A DNA stretch of 248,000 nt from Hyalangium minutum (GTDB lineage: Bacteria > Myxococcota > Myxococcia > Myxococcales > Myxococcaceae), in NCBI RefSeq assembly GCF_000737315.1, contig NZ_JMCB01000004.1:20001-268000 (forward strand). Direction: 5' to 3'. Shown piece by piece: positions 217,401 to 229,600 of the stretch. The number at the start of each line of letters is the position of its first letter. Position 1 is the stretch's first letter. The position numbers and the translations under genes are program-made. Below the pieces are notes generated by a model, which saw nothing but the letters and a program-made list of their open reading frames with translations, did no database searches and was not told the origin of the DNA.

Positions 217401-220400
217401 GAGTGGAAGGCGCTCTACGACGAGATCTACGCGCGCTCCGTGGGTGAGGCCCAGACGGATCCTGGCTTCAACATCGCAGGCTGGAACAGCAGCTACTCTG
217501 GCGCGCCGCTCAGCGCCGAGGCCATGAAGGAGTGGGTCAACCACACCGTTGCGCAGCTCCTCGAGCGGAAGCCGTCGCGGGTGCTCGAGATCGGATGCGG
217601 GACCGGCCTCCTGCTCACGCGGATCGCGCCCTCCACGACCGCGTACTGGGCGACGGACGTCTCGGGGGTCGTGGTCGACATGCTCCGAGGGGTGACGAAG
217701 AAGACCCCGGGCCTCGAGCATGCGCGGCTCTTCCACTGTGCCGCGGACCAGCTTCAGAGCATCGACTTCGGCAGCGAGCGCTTCGAGGCGGTGATCTTGA
217801 ACTCGGTGGTCCAGTACTTCCCGAGCGCGGAGTACCTCGCCCGGGCACTGGAGTCCGCCTCTGCGCGCGTGAGCACGGGAGGATTCATCTTCGTCGGGGA
217901 CGTGCGGAACCTCCGTCTGCTCGAGGCGTTCCATGCGTCGATCGTCCTGGCCCAGAGCTCGGGCACGCTCGAGCCCCACACGTTAAAGGGGCGCGTGGCG
218001 CGGCGGATGGCTGGAGAGGAAGAACTGGTCCTCGATCCGGGCTTCTTCTGGGCCTTGAAGCAGCGCATCCCTCGGCTGAGCCATGTCGAGATCCGCCCGA
218101 AGCGTGGTGATTGCCTGAATGAGCTCACCCGCTTCCGCTACGATGTGCTCCTCCACCTGGACACCGCACCGGCCCCCGCAGCCGACGTGGTCTGGGGCCC
218201 GGGCAACGTCAGCCTGCTGGAGCTGCGTGCGCGCCTCGGCCAGGCAGGCACCCGGCGCATCGGTCTGCGCGGCATCCGGAATGCCCGCGTCGAGGCGGCC
218301 CTCGAGGCCTTGGCGAGCCTGAGCGATCAGGCCCCAGCGAAGCCAGGCTCGTTCGAGAAGCTCCGCCGCCGCCTGTTGGATCGCGACGGCTCGGTCCCCG
218401 CCAGCGAGCCCGAGCCCGGGATCGATCCCATGGCCCTCGAGCAGCTTGCCAGGGAGACTTCGTGCACTGTCAGCCTGGACTGGTCTCGTGGCGGTGTGGA
218501 CGGCTCCTTCGACGCGGTCTTCACCGCAGCCGCAGACCTCTCCGGCAAGCCCATCGCGCTCTTCGGGGCAGCGCCCGAGGCAGTACCGGGTGCTCGCCAC
218601 GCCAATGATCCCCTCCGCGGGCGCCTGGAGCGCCGCCTGGAGAGCGACCTTCGGAAGAGGGCGCAGGAGCACCTGCCGGACTACATGGTGCCGGCGAGCA
218701 TCATGGTGATCGACGAGATCCCGCTGACCGGGAACGGCAAGGTGAACCGGCGCGCCCTGCCGGTCCCCGCGGCTCCGCAGGGCCTGGACACCGCGTACGT
218801 CGAGCCCAGGACCGGTGAAGAAGAGATCCTGGTGAGCATCTTCGCCGAGCTGCTCGGCGCGGAGCGGGTGGGCGTGCACGAGAGCTTCTTCGACCTGGGA
218901 GGCCACTCGCTCCTGGCCACGCAGGTGGTCTCGCGCGTCCGCGCCGTCTTCGGAGTCGATGTTCCGCTGCGCACGCTCTTTGACAGCCCGACCGTCGGGG
219001 GACTCGCGACGGCGGTGCAGCAGTTGCGCAAGCGCTCGGGCTCCGCGGCGCTCGACTTCACCTCGCCGATGGAGCGGCCGCCTCAGATCCCGCTCTCCTC
219101 CTCGCAGGAGCGGCTGTGGATCCTCGACCGCATCGTGGAGACGCGGGCGCCCATCTACGTCATCCCCCTGGTGCTTCGGCTCCGCGGTCCGCTCGACCAG
219201 GAGGCGCTCCGTCAGAGCCTTGACGGGATCATCCAGCGCCACGAGGTGCTGCGCACCCGCTTCGCCATGGTGGGCGGCCAGGCCGTTCAGGAGATCGCCG
219301 AGGAGCTGCACGCCGAGCTCCCGCCGGCCGAGGAGCTCGGCTACCACCCGGGGGCCACCGAGGCGGAGATCTCGAGGCTCATTCAAGATGAGGTGGGGCT
219401 CGAGGTCTCCCGCCCGTTCGATCTCGAGCGCGGCCCGCTGATCCGGATGCGCCTCTTCCGCATCGCGGAGGGCGACCACGTGCTCGTCCTCACGATGCAC
219501 CACATCGTCTCCGACGGCTGGTCCGTGGGGATCCTCGCGCGTGAGCTCTCGGCGGGCTACAACGCGCGCCGCTCGCAGCGCGAGCTGGTGTTGCCAGCGC
219601 TCCCGGTTCAGTACGCGGACTTCGCCCTCTGGCAGCGGCAGCTCCTGAAGGACGGCGCGCTCGCCGAGTCCATCGAGGCCCACAAGCAGCGGATCGCCGG
219701 GGCGCCCACGTCCCTCAACCTCCCCGCGGATCGGCCTCGGCCGGAGACCCCCTCGTACCGGGGCGGCGTGGTCCGCTTCATGGTGGATCGTGGCCTCTCG
219801 ACACGCCTCAAGGAGATGAGTCGCCGCGAGGGTTCCACGCTGTACATGACCTTGCTGACCGCCTTCGCGGCCTACCTCTCGCGCCTGAGCGGCCAGAAGG
219901 ATCTGATCATCGGCTCGCCCGTGGCGAACCGGAACCGCGCCGCGACGGAGCCGCTGATCGGCTTCTTCGTCAACACGCTCGCGCTCAGGATGGACCTGTC
220001 GGGAGACCCGACCTTCCTGGAGCTGCTGGCGCGCGTCCGGCGCACGGCGCTCGACGCGTATGCGGACCAGGATGTGCCCTTCGAGAAGTTGGTGGAGGTC
220101 GCCGCGCCTGAGCGGAGCCTCAGCCGCCAGCCCCTGGTCCAGGTGATGTTCGCGCTCCAGAACGCGCCGTTCTCGCCTCCTGCGCTCGATGGCCTCCACG
220201 TGGAGCCCCTGGAACTGGACAGCATCACCGCCAAGTTCGATCTGACGCTGTCCATGCAGGAGTCCGCGGACGGCTTGACGGGCCTCCTCGAGTACAGCGC
220301 GGAGCTGTTCGACCGGGAGCGCATCGAGCGGATGGCCGAGCACCTCGTGGTGTTCCTGCGTGCGGCGGTCGAGCAGCCGCAGCGGCATGTGCACGCGTTC

Positions 220401-223400
220401 GACCTCCTCGGTGCGCGTGAGGCCGGACTGCTGGCGGAGTGGGCCGAGGGCCCTGACGCCCCGCCCGCCCCCGGCTCGGTGGTGGAGCTGTTCCAGGCCC
220501 AGGCCCGGAGCACTCCGGACGCGATTGCGCTCGAGCAAGGGGACGTCAGCCTCAGCTACGCGGAGCTCGATCAGCGCTCCACACGCCTGGCGAGGCACCT
220601 CGTCTCGCTGGGCCTGGGGCCGGAGAAGCGGGCCGCGCTCTGCCTGCCGAAAAGCATCGAGTTCATCGTCTCCGTGCTGGGCGTGTGGAAGGCCGGTGGG
220701 GCGTATGTCCCGCTCGATCCGGAGTACCCCGAGGCGCGCCTCAGCCACATGCTGGAGGACTCGGGCGCGGAGCTCCTGCTCACGGTGCGCGCGTTGGGCG
220801 AGCGGCCGGGCTTCCGAGGGAAGACGCTCTGGATGGACGAGGCGCTGCCCGACCTTGCGGAGCCGTCCACCCTGGCGCCCCCGAGCGGCGGCTCGATGGC
220901 CTACATCATCTATACCTCGGGCTCGACGGGGAAGCCGAAGGGCGTGGTGCTGGAGCACCGAGGGGTCTCGAACATCGCCGTCGCCTCACGGGAGCTGCTC
221001 TCGCTCACCCCGGACAGCAGGGTCCTCCAGGCGGCCTCCACGTCCTTCGATGTCTCGGTCTGGGACTTCGTGATGGCGTTCGCGAGCGGTGCCCGGCTGG
221101 TGCTGCCCGTCGACGAGACTTCGAAGGCCGGCGAGGGCCAGGCGGCGCTGCTGCGGGAGAAGCGCATCACCCACGTGTGCCTGACGGCGTCGGCGATCGC
221201 AGCGCTGCCCGAGGGCCCGTATCCCGACCTTCGCGTGCTCACCACCGCCGGAGAGGCCTGCCCCGCCGAGCTGGTGAAGAAGTGGGCCACGGAGTCCCGG
221301 CGCTTCATCAATGCCTACGGCCCGACGGAGACGACCATCATCGCGACCCTTACGGGCCTCCGGAAGGGCGATACGGGCGCTCCGCCCATCGGCCGTCCTC
221401 TGCCGGGACTGGTGGCACGGATCCTCGACGCCCATCAGCACCAGGTGCCCATCGGGGTCCCCGGCGAGCTGTACGTGGGGGGGCTCGCCGTTGCACGCGG
221501 GTATCACAGGCTCGAGGAGCTCACCCGTGAGCGCTTCGTCCGGGATCCGTTCTCGAGCAGCCCCGACGCCCGGCTCTATCGCACGGGCGATCTCGCGCGC
221601 TGGAGGAACGACGGCAACATCGACTTCCTCGGCCGCCTCGACCACCAGGTGAAGCTCCGGGGCTTCCGGATCGAGCTGGGTGAGGTGGAAGCGGTCATCG
221701 ACAGCCATCCGGGAGTCCAGCGTTCGCTCGTCATCGTCTACAAAGGTCAGCTCGCCGCCTACGTCGCGAACCGCGGCGGAGCTCCTCTCACGGTCCATGC
221801 TCTCCGTGAGCACGCGAAGAGCCAGCTGCCCAGCTACATGGTGCCTGCGCACTTCATCCTCCTCGATGCGTTCCCCCTGACGCCGAGTGGGAAGATTGAT
221901 CGCAAGAAGCTGTCGGATCCCGTGGAGGCCCAGGAGCCCGTCGTCTTCGCCGCACCCCAGTCTCGCGAGGAGCAGATCCTCGCGGAGATCTGGGCCACGG
222001 TGCTGAAGAAGAAGTCGGTCGGAGCCCACGACAACTTCTTCGCGCTCGGAGGGGACTCGATCCTGGGCCTGCAGATCATCTCTCGCGCCACCCAGCAGGG
222101 GCTGCGCCTGAGGCCGCGTCAACTCTTCGAGCATCAGACGATCGCGGAGCTGGCCCGAGTGGCTTCCAGCGCCCGGGTGCTCCACGCCGAGCAAGGCAAG
222201 GTGGCGGGGAGCGCGCCGCTCACGCCCATCCAGCGCTGGTTCTTCGAGCAGGAGCGCGTCGAGCCGCAGCACTTCAACATGGCGGTGTTGGTCGACATCG
222301 ATCCAGGCATCGATCTCGCCGTGCTCCGCCGCGCGCTCGACGCGGTGGAGCTCCACCATGACGCGCTCCGGCTCCGCTTCCGCCGGGACGGCACGGCCTG
222401 GAGCCAGTACCACGCGGAAGGCGAGGCCCTGGGCATCCCCCTGGAGGAGCTGGACGTCGCTGGGAGCGACGCCGTGGAGGGAGCGCTCGCCAGGGTCCAT
222501 GGATCCCTTGATCTCGAGCGTGGCCCGCTCATGCGCGCCGCGCTCCTGCGCCTGGGTCCCGGCTCCGCGCGGCTCGCCCTGGTGGCCCACCACCTGGTGG
222601 TGGACGCCGTCTCGTGGGGCTTCATCCTCGAGGATCTGCTGACCGTGTACACCCAGCTCTCGAGCGGTCAGGCGATCGGGCTCCAGCCGAAGACCACGTC
222701 CTTCCAGCACTGGGCGAAGCGCCTCGAGGCCTACGCCGAGTCGCCGAACGCCCGGTCCGAGTTCGATGCGTGGCTCGCCGCCTCCCAACGTGACGCCGCG
222801 CATGAGTTCCCGCTGAACGATCCCACCGCCTCGGACACGGTCGCCGAGGCCTCCCGGCTCGTGTCCCGGCTCGAGGTGGACGAGACGCTGCTGCTGATGA
222901 ACGAGGTGCCCAAAGCCTACGATGTCCAGGTCAACGAGGCGCTGATCGCCGCGCTGGCCCGGACGCTCTCGGTCTGGACCGGCCACAGCACCGTCCGGAT
223001 GGATCTGGAAGGCTACGGGCGAGAGTTCCTGTTCGAGGACGTCGATGTGAGCCGCACGGTGGGGTGGTTCACCGCGCTCTTCCCGCTGCGCCTGCACGTC
223101 GGCGCCAAGGAGAACATGCGAGAGGCGCTCGCCCGCGCGAAGGATGCCCTCCGCCGCATCCCTCGAGGCGGGGCCGGCTATGGAGTCCTCCGCTACCTGT
223201 CCACGGACCCGTCGATCCGCTCGAGGCTCGAGGCCGTCGGGCATGCCGGGATCGTCTTCAATTACCTCGGGCAGATGGGCACCATCCCGGCGCACGGCGT
223301 GCTCCGCGGCGCCGCCAAGGAAGGCCTGGGCCCTCTCCACTCCCCGGGCGCCGCCAGGCCCCACCGCATCGAGCTCAACGCCGTCGTCGAGGCGGGGCAA

Positions 223401-223613
223401 GTCCTGCGTCTCGACTGGACCTTCGGCTCCAAGGTCCTCCGCAAGGAGACCCTCGAGAGCCTGAACCAGGCGTTCATCTCCAACATCCGCGAGCTGATCC
223501 GTGACCGCGCGCAGCCGGCCGCCACGGTCCGTGTGGCCGCGGACTTCCCCGCCGCGCGCCTGAGTGCCAAGGACCTGAAGAACGTCCTCAAGCAGACGAA
223601 GAAGCCGCGATGA
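214464..223613 (+). CDS. mchB: NRPS C-A(Thr)-MT-PCP-C-A(Ala)-PCP-E (MchB)
   Basis: Hand-read A codes DFWNIGMVHK and DVWCTAAIIK; LEIGCGTG MT; E domain HHLVVD. Confidence 0.9.
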
Positions 223614-223647
223614 ATCCCGTGAAAGGTGAGGCAGTGAGGACCGTGTC

Positions 223648-226600
223648 ATGACCGAGGCCGAGTTGATCGAGGACATCTACGAGCTCGCGCCCATGCAACA
223701 CGGGTTGCTCTTCCACTCGCTGCTGGAGCCCAGCGCGGGCATGTACGTGGAGCAGTTGAGCTGCGAGCTGCGGGGCAGGCTGTCGCTCGATCAATGGAAG
223801 GCGGCCTGGCAGCACGTCCTCGCGCGGCACGCCATCCTGCGCTCCTCCTTCCTCTGGGAAGGGCTCGAGAAGCCCGTCCAGGTCGTGGCGAAGGAGGCAG
223901 AGCTCCCATGGCATCTCGAGGATCTGCGAGGCGCCACCCGGGAGGAGCAGGAGCGCCGCATCGAGAGCTTCCTGAACGAGGATCGTCTCCGGGGATTCGA
224001 GCTGGCCTCCCCGCCGCTGCTCCGGTGCGCGCTGCTCCGGCTGGGCGAGGAGCACTACCGCTTCGTGTGGACCTACCACCACCTCTTGCTGGACGGGTGG
224101 TGCTTCGCGATCGTCCTCCGCGAGGTGTTGGAGTCCTTCGCGGGGGGACTCGAGTCCCTGCCGCCACCGGCGCGCCCCTACCGCGACTACATCACCTGGC
224201 TCCAGGAGCAGGATCCCACCCGCGCTGAGAGCTTCTGGCGCGAGCTCCTGCGTGGCTTCGAGCAGCCCACGCCGCTGCCCTTCATGGAGCGCCGGCAGGC
224301 CAGCAAGTCCGCCCACGGTGCGCAGCCCGAGGTCGTCAAGCACCTGCCGCGGGAGCTCACGGCTCGCCTGGCCACGTTCGCCAAGGAGCATCGGCTGACG
224401 CTCAACACGCTCGTCCAGGGCGCCTGGGGGCTCCTCCTGGGGCGGACGACGGGCACGGACGACGTCATCTTCGGTGTCACCGTCTCCGGCCGCCCCTCGG
224501 AGCTGGCCGGCTCCGAGTCCATCGTCGGGCTCTTCATCAACACCGTGCCGCTGCGGGCGCGGCTGGATGGCTCCGCGACGATCCCCGCGTTCCTGTCGGC
224601 CCTGCAGGCCCAGCAGAGCTCCTTCGAGCCCCATGTCTACGTCTCGCTCGCGGACATCCAGCTCTGGTCGGATGCACCGCATGATCGCCCGCTCTTCGAG
224701 AGCCTCCTCGTCTTCGAGAACTATCCGATCGATCGGTCGACGCTCCTCGAGCGCAGCGGTCTCGAGATCAGCTCCATCCACGCGCAGGAGCGCATCAACT
224801 ACCCTCTGGCAGTGGTCGCCATCCCCGGCGAGTCTCTCGAGCTGCGGGTGATGTACCAGGAGGACACGTTCTCGCGGGCGGCGGCCGAGCGGCTCGCACG
224901 CCTGCTCGAGACGGCGCTCGGGGCGCTCCTCACCGCGAAGACGGTCGGCGAGATCGACTTCCTGGACGAGCCGGCCCGGCGGGTGCTCGCGGAGTGGGGG
225001 CAGAACCCCCGCGTGTTCGACCATCGCGCGCCGGTGCACGAGCTCGTTGCGCTCGTGGCCCGCAGCACCCCTGGTGCGCTGGCCGTGGTGGGCGCGGACG
225101 GACAGAAGCTCACCTACCTCGAGCTCAACGAGCGCGCAGAGCGTGTCGCGCGGCGCCTCCGCCTGCTCGGCGCAGGGAGAGAGCGCATCGTCGGGGTGTG
225201 CATTGGCAGTTCCGTGGAGCGGGTGGTGGGCCTGCTGGGCGTGCTCAAGGCGGGGGCGGCCTACATGCCGCTCGATCCCAACTATCCGAGCGAGCGGCTC
225301 GCCTACCTCGTGGGCGACGCGTCCCCCACGGCGATCCTCAACGCGGGAGCGGATCCCGTCCCGGACACTCGCATCCCCCGGCTTGACGTCGCGCGAGTCT
225401 CCCTCGAGGCGGCGGCGTCCGATGCGCCCGCTCGGGACGCGTCCCACCTGGAGGATCTCGCCTACGTCATCTACACCTCCGGCTCGACTGGAGCGCCCAA
225501 GGGCGTCCTCGCCTCGCACCAGAACCTGCTCAATCTGGTCTCATGGCACACGGAGGCGTTCGGGCTCACGGCGAAGGACCGGACGACGCATCTTGCCAGC
225601 ATCGCTTTTGACGCCGCAGTCTGGGAGATCTGGCCGACGCTCGCGGCAGGCGCCACGCTTCACCTCGTCCCGCCGGAGCTGCCCGCTGCCCCTGACGAGC
225701 TCTCGCGCTGGCTGGTGGAGCGTCAGATCACGATCAGCTTCCTTCCGACGGCGGTCGCCGAGGCCGCGCTCGCGCTGCCATGGCCGGCGGATTGCTCGCT
225801 CCGCTTCATGTTGACCGGCGGCGACCGGCTCCACCTCGTGCCCCCGCCGGGTCTTCCGTTCCGGCTCGTCAACAACTACGGACCGACGGAGACGACCGTC
225901 GTCGCGACCTCCGGCATCGTCGAAGCGGAGAGCCGGAACGGCCTGCCCTCCATCGGCCGGCCGATCGCGAACGCCCGCATCTACATCCTCGACCGCATGA
226001 GGCGGCCCGTCCTCCCCGGCGTCATCGGCGAGCTGTACATCGGCGGCGCGGGTGTCACTCGAGGCTACCTGAACCGGCCCGAGCTGAGCGCCTCCCGGTT
226101 CTTCCCTGATCCCTTCTCGGACGCACCCGCGGCGCGCATGTACGCGAGCGGAGATCTCGCGCAGTTCCGCGCGGATGGGACCCTCGCGTTCCACGGCCGT
226201 GTGGACCGTCAGGTCCAGGTGCGAGGTGTCCGCGTGGAGCCCGGGGAGATCGAGGCCGTCCTGGCCGAGTACCCGGGCGTCAGCGCTGCCGCCGTGGTGG
226301 GGGTGGATTCACAGGGCAATGGCGACATCCGGCTGGTCGGCTTCGCGGCCTGTGCCAGTCAGAACCCGCCCGGCGCTGATGCCCTCGCGAGCTACCTGGG
226401 GGAGAAGCTGCCTGAGGTGATGGTCCCCAGACAGATCATCATCCTCAGTGAGCTCCCGCTCACGCCGAACGGCAAGGTCGACTCCGCTGCGCTCGAGGCG
226501 CGCGCACGAGAGGAGCAGGTCCACACAGAGCACATTGCCCCCAGGACTCCCCACGAGGAGATCCTCGCCGGGATCTGGAGCGCGGTGCTGGGCCAGGATC

Positions 226601-229600
226601 GGATCGGGGTCGAGGAGGACTTCTTCGCGCTGGGCGGTCACTCGCTCAAGGCGACCCAGGTCATCGCCCGCGCTCGCGAGGCCTTCGGCATCGACCTGCC
226701 GGTGCGGGCGATCTTCGAGCGAAGGACGATCGCGCTGCTGGCCGAGGCGGTCGCCGGGCATGGCGCCTCCTCGGAGCCGATCCCTCGCCTCGAGCAGTCG
226801 GGCGACGGGCCCCTGTCTCCGGGGCAGGAGAGCCTCTGGTTCATCGATGCGTTGGGCGGTAACACCGAGGCGTACAATGTGCCGCTCGTGATCCGGCTCA
226901 CCGGCACGCTCGACACCGCCGCCGTCGCCCGGGCGCTCGCGCTCCTCGTCGAGCGCCATGAGGTGCTGCGCACCACCTTCCACGAGCGCGCGGGCGTTCC
227001 CGTCCAGAGGATCGGGCCGTCTCCTGCCTCCGTGCTCTCGTCCGAGGACGTCACCCCCGAGCTCCTCGAGCGGCGGATCTCCGAGGAGATCACCACGCCC
227101 TTCTCGCTGACGACGGGGCCGTTGTTCCGGGCCCGGCTCTTCCGGCAGGCGCCCGACACGCACACCCTCGTCATCAACCAGCACCACATCATCGTGGATG
227201 CCTGGTCGGTCAGTGTCCTGCTCCGCGAGTTCTGCATCGCATACGCCGCGTTCGCGAGCGGCGAGCGGCCGGAGCTGCCGGAGCTGCCGAACCGCTACAC
227301 CGACTGGGTCGCCTGGCAGAACCAGCGCCTCGTGGCCGGCCGGCTCGAGGAGGGCCTTGCCTACTGGAGACAGACCCTGAAGGGTGCTCCCCAGGTGCTC
227401 ACGCTCCCGGGAGATCGTCCTCGCCCCACACGCCAGAGCTTCCGTGGGAAGACCCTGTCCTTCGCCCTCGAGGGCTCGATCGGCCGCCGCCTCGAGGCGC
227501 TCTCCCGAGGCTCGGGCGCATCGCTGTTCATGACGCTCCTCAGCGCCTTCGCTGCATACCTCGGCCGGCTCAGCGGCCAGGATGAGATCGTGATTGGCTC
227601 GCCCACGGCCAACCGGGACCGGCGCGAGACGGAGGGCATGGTCGGCTACTTCCTCAACACGATCGCTCTCCGCATCGATCTCTCCGAAGATCCGCCCTTC
227701 ACGGAACTCCTCCAGCGCGTGCGCAAGGCGGCGCTCGACGGCTATTCGTACCAGGACATCCCCTTCGAGAAGGTGGTCGCGGCGCTCGAGCTGCCTCGAG
227801 CCCTGTCGCACAACCCCTTGTTCCAGGTGATGTTCTCCCTCCAGGGACAGAGCGGAGGCGAGATCCAGCTTCCGGGAGTCCGCGCCACCCTGCCCACCAC
227901 CGAGAGCCCGACGTCGAAGTTCGATCTCACGCTCTTCGTCGAGCCTCGGGAGGACTCCTTCGCGTGCCTCCTCGAGTACAACACCGACATCTTCGACGAG
228001 GATCGGATCCGCCGGATGGCCACGCACCTCGTCCGGGTGCTCGAGGCCGTGGCCGAGGAGCCTGAGCTGCGCGTCTCGGAGGTCCCCCTGCTTGCCCCCG
228101 AGGAGCGGCAACTGATCGCACAGCTCGCCCAGCCGGGGCGCCTGGACGACAGCCGGACCTTGCTGGAGCTGTTCGAGCGGCAGGTCGAGAAGACGCCCGA
228201 GGCCGCCGCGCTCGAGCACCGCGGCGACGTGAGGACCTACCGTCAGCTCAGCCAGGAGGCCGAGGCCCTCGCGGTTCGACTCGCCGCCCTGGGGGCCGGC
228301 CCGGACGTCCGGGTCGCCATCTGCCTGGAGCGTTCGATCACGGCCCTGGTCTCCGTCCTCGCGGTCCTCAAGGCCGGTGCCACGTATGTCCCGCTCGAGC
228401 CCTCCGAGCCTCCCGAGCGTCTGCAGGCCATCCTCGGGGACGCGAAGGCCCGAGTCCTCATCGCGGAGAAGAAGTACCGCGACCTGAACCTACCGCCCGG
228501 CGTCGAGTTCCTCTGGATGGATGGCGGCGGAGCCCCCGCGGTGAAGGCCCCGCGGCCCAGGACGGCGTCCCACCACCTCGCCTGCGTCCTCTACGCCTCG
228601 GGATCGGGTGGCGAGCCCAAGGGCGTCGCCATGCCGCACCGGGCGCTGCTCAACCTGACCGCCTGGCACACCGCGCAGCCCCGCCCCTTGCGGACGCTCC
228701 AGTACGGCCTGCTCAACACCGGAGCCTCGCTCCAGGAGATCTTTTCGACCTGGTGCTCGGGAGGCACGCTGGTGCTTGCCGGTGATGCGAATCGGCTCGC
228801 TCCTCGCGCGCTCGTCCAACTCCTCGAAGAGGCCCGCATCCAGCGCCTCTTCCTCCCCGCGGGAGCGCTCCACCCCCTCGCGCGTGAGGCCGTGAACACC
228901 CACCGGCCGTTGCCAGACCTGGAGGAGATCATCGCCGCGGGCGAGCAGCTCCGCATCACCGATCCGATCCGCCAATGGTTCGTGGCCAGCAAGAAGAGGC
229001 TTCGCTGCCAGTACTCCGTCGCGGAGGCCTACGTCGTCGCGGCGCATGAGCTCACCGGCAGCCCCGAGAGCTGGCCGGGGCTCCCCCCCATTGGCCGGCC
229101 GATCCCCAACACGGCCATCTACTTGCTGGATACCGACCAGCGCTCAGTCCCCGTCGGCGTCCCGGGAGAGATCTATGTCTCCGGGGCCTGCCTTGCCGAT
229201 GGCTACCTGTTGCGGCCGGAGCTCACTGCGGAGCGCTTCCTCGAGCTCAGCGTCGATCCTCCCGTGCGCGCGTTCCAGACGGGCGATCTCGGGCGGCTGC
229301 GCCGGGACGGGACGGTGGAGTTCCTCGGGCGCGCTGACGGCCAGATCCTCGTCCGCGGCATTCGCGTCGAGCCCGGTGAGGTCGAGCGTGCGCTCTGCGC
229401 TCACCCCAGCATCCTGGATGCGGTGGCTGTGGCCGCCGGAGACCCCACGCGAGCGCAACGGCTCGTCGCCTATGTCACACCCGAGACCGTGCGGATCGAC
229501 GAGCTGCCCGCGTTCCTCTCGGAGCGAGTCCCCGAGTACATGGTGCCCTCGCAGTTCGTGGCGCTCCCCGAGCTGCCCCGAACGCCGGGAGGCAAGCTGG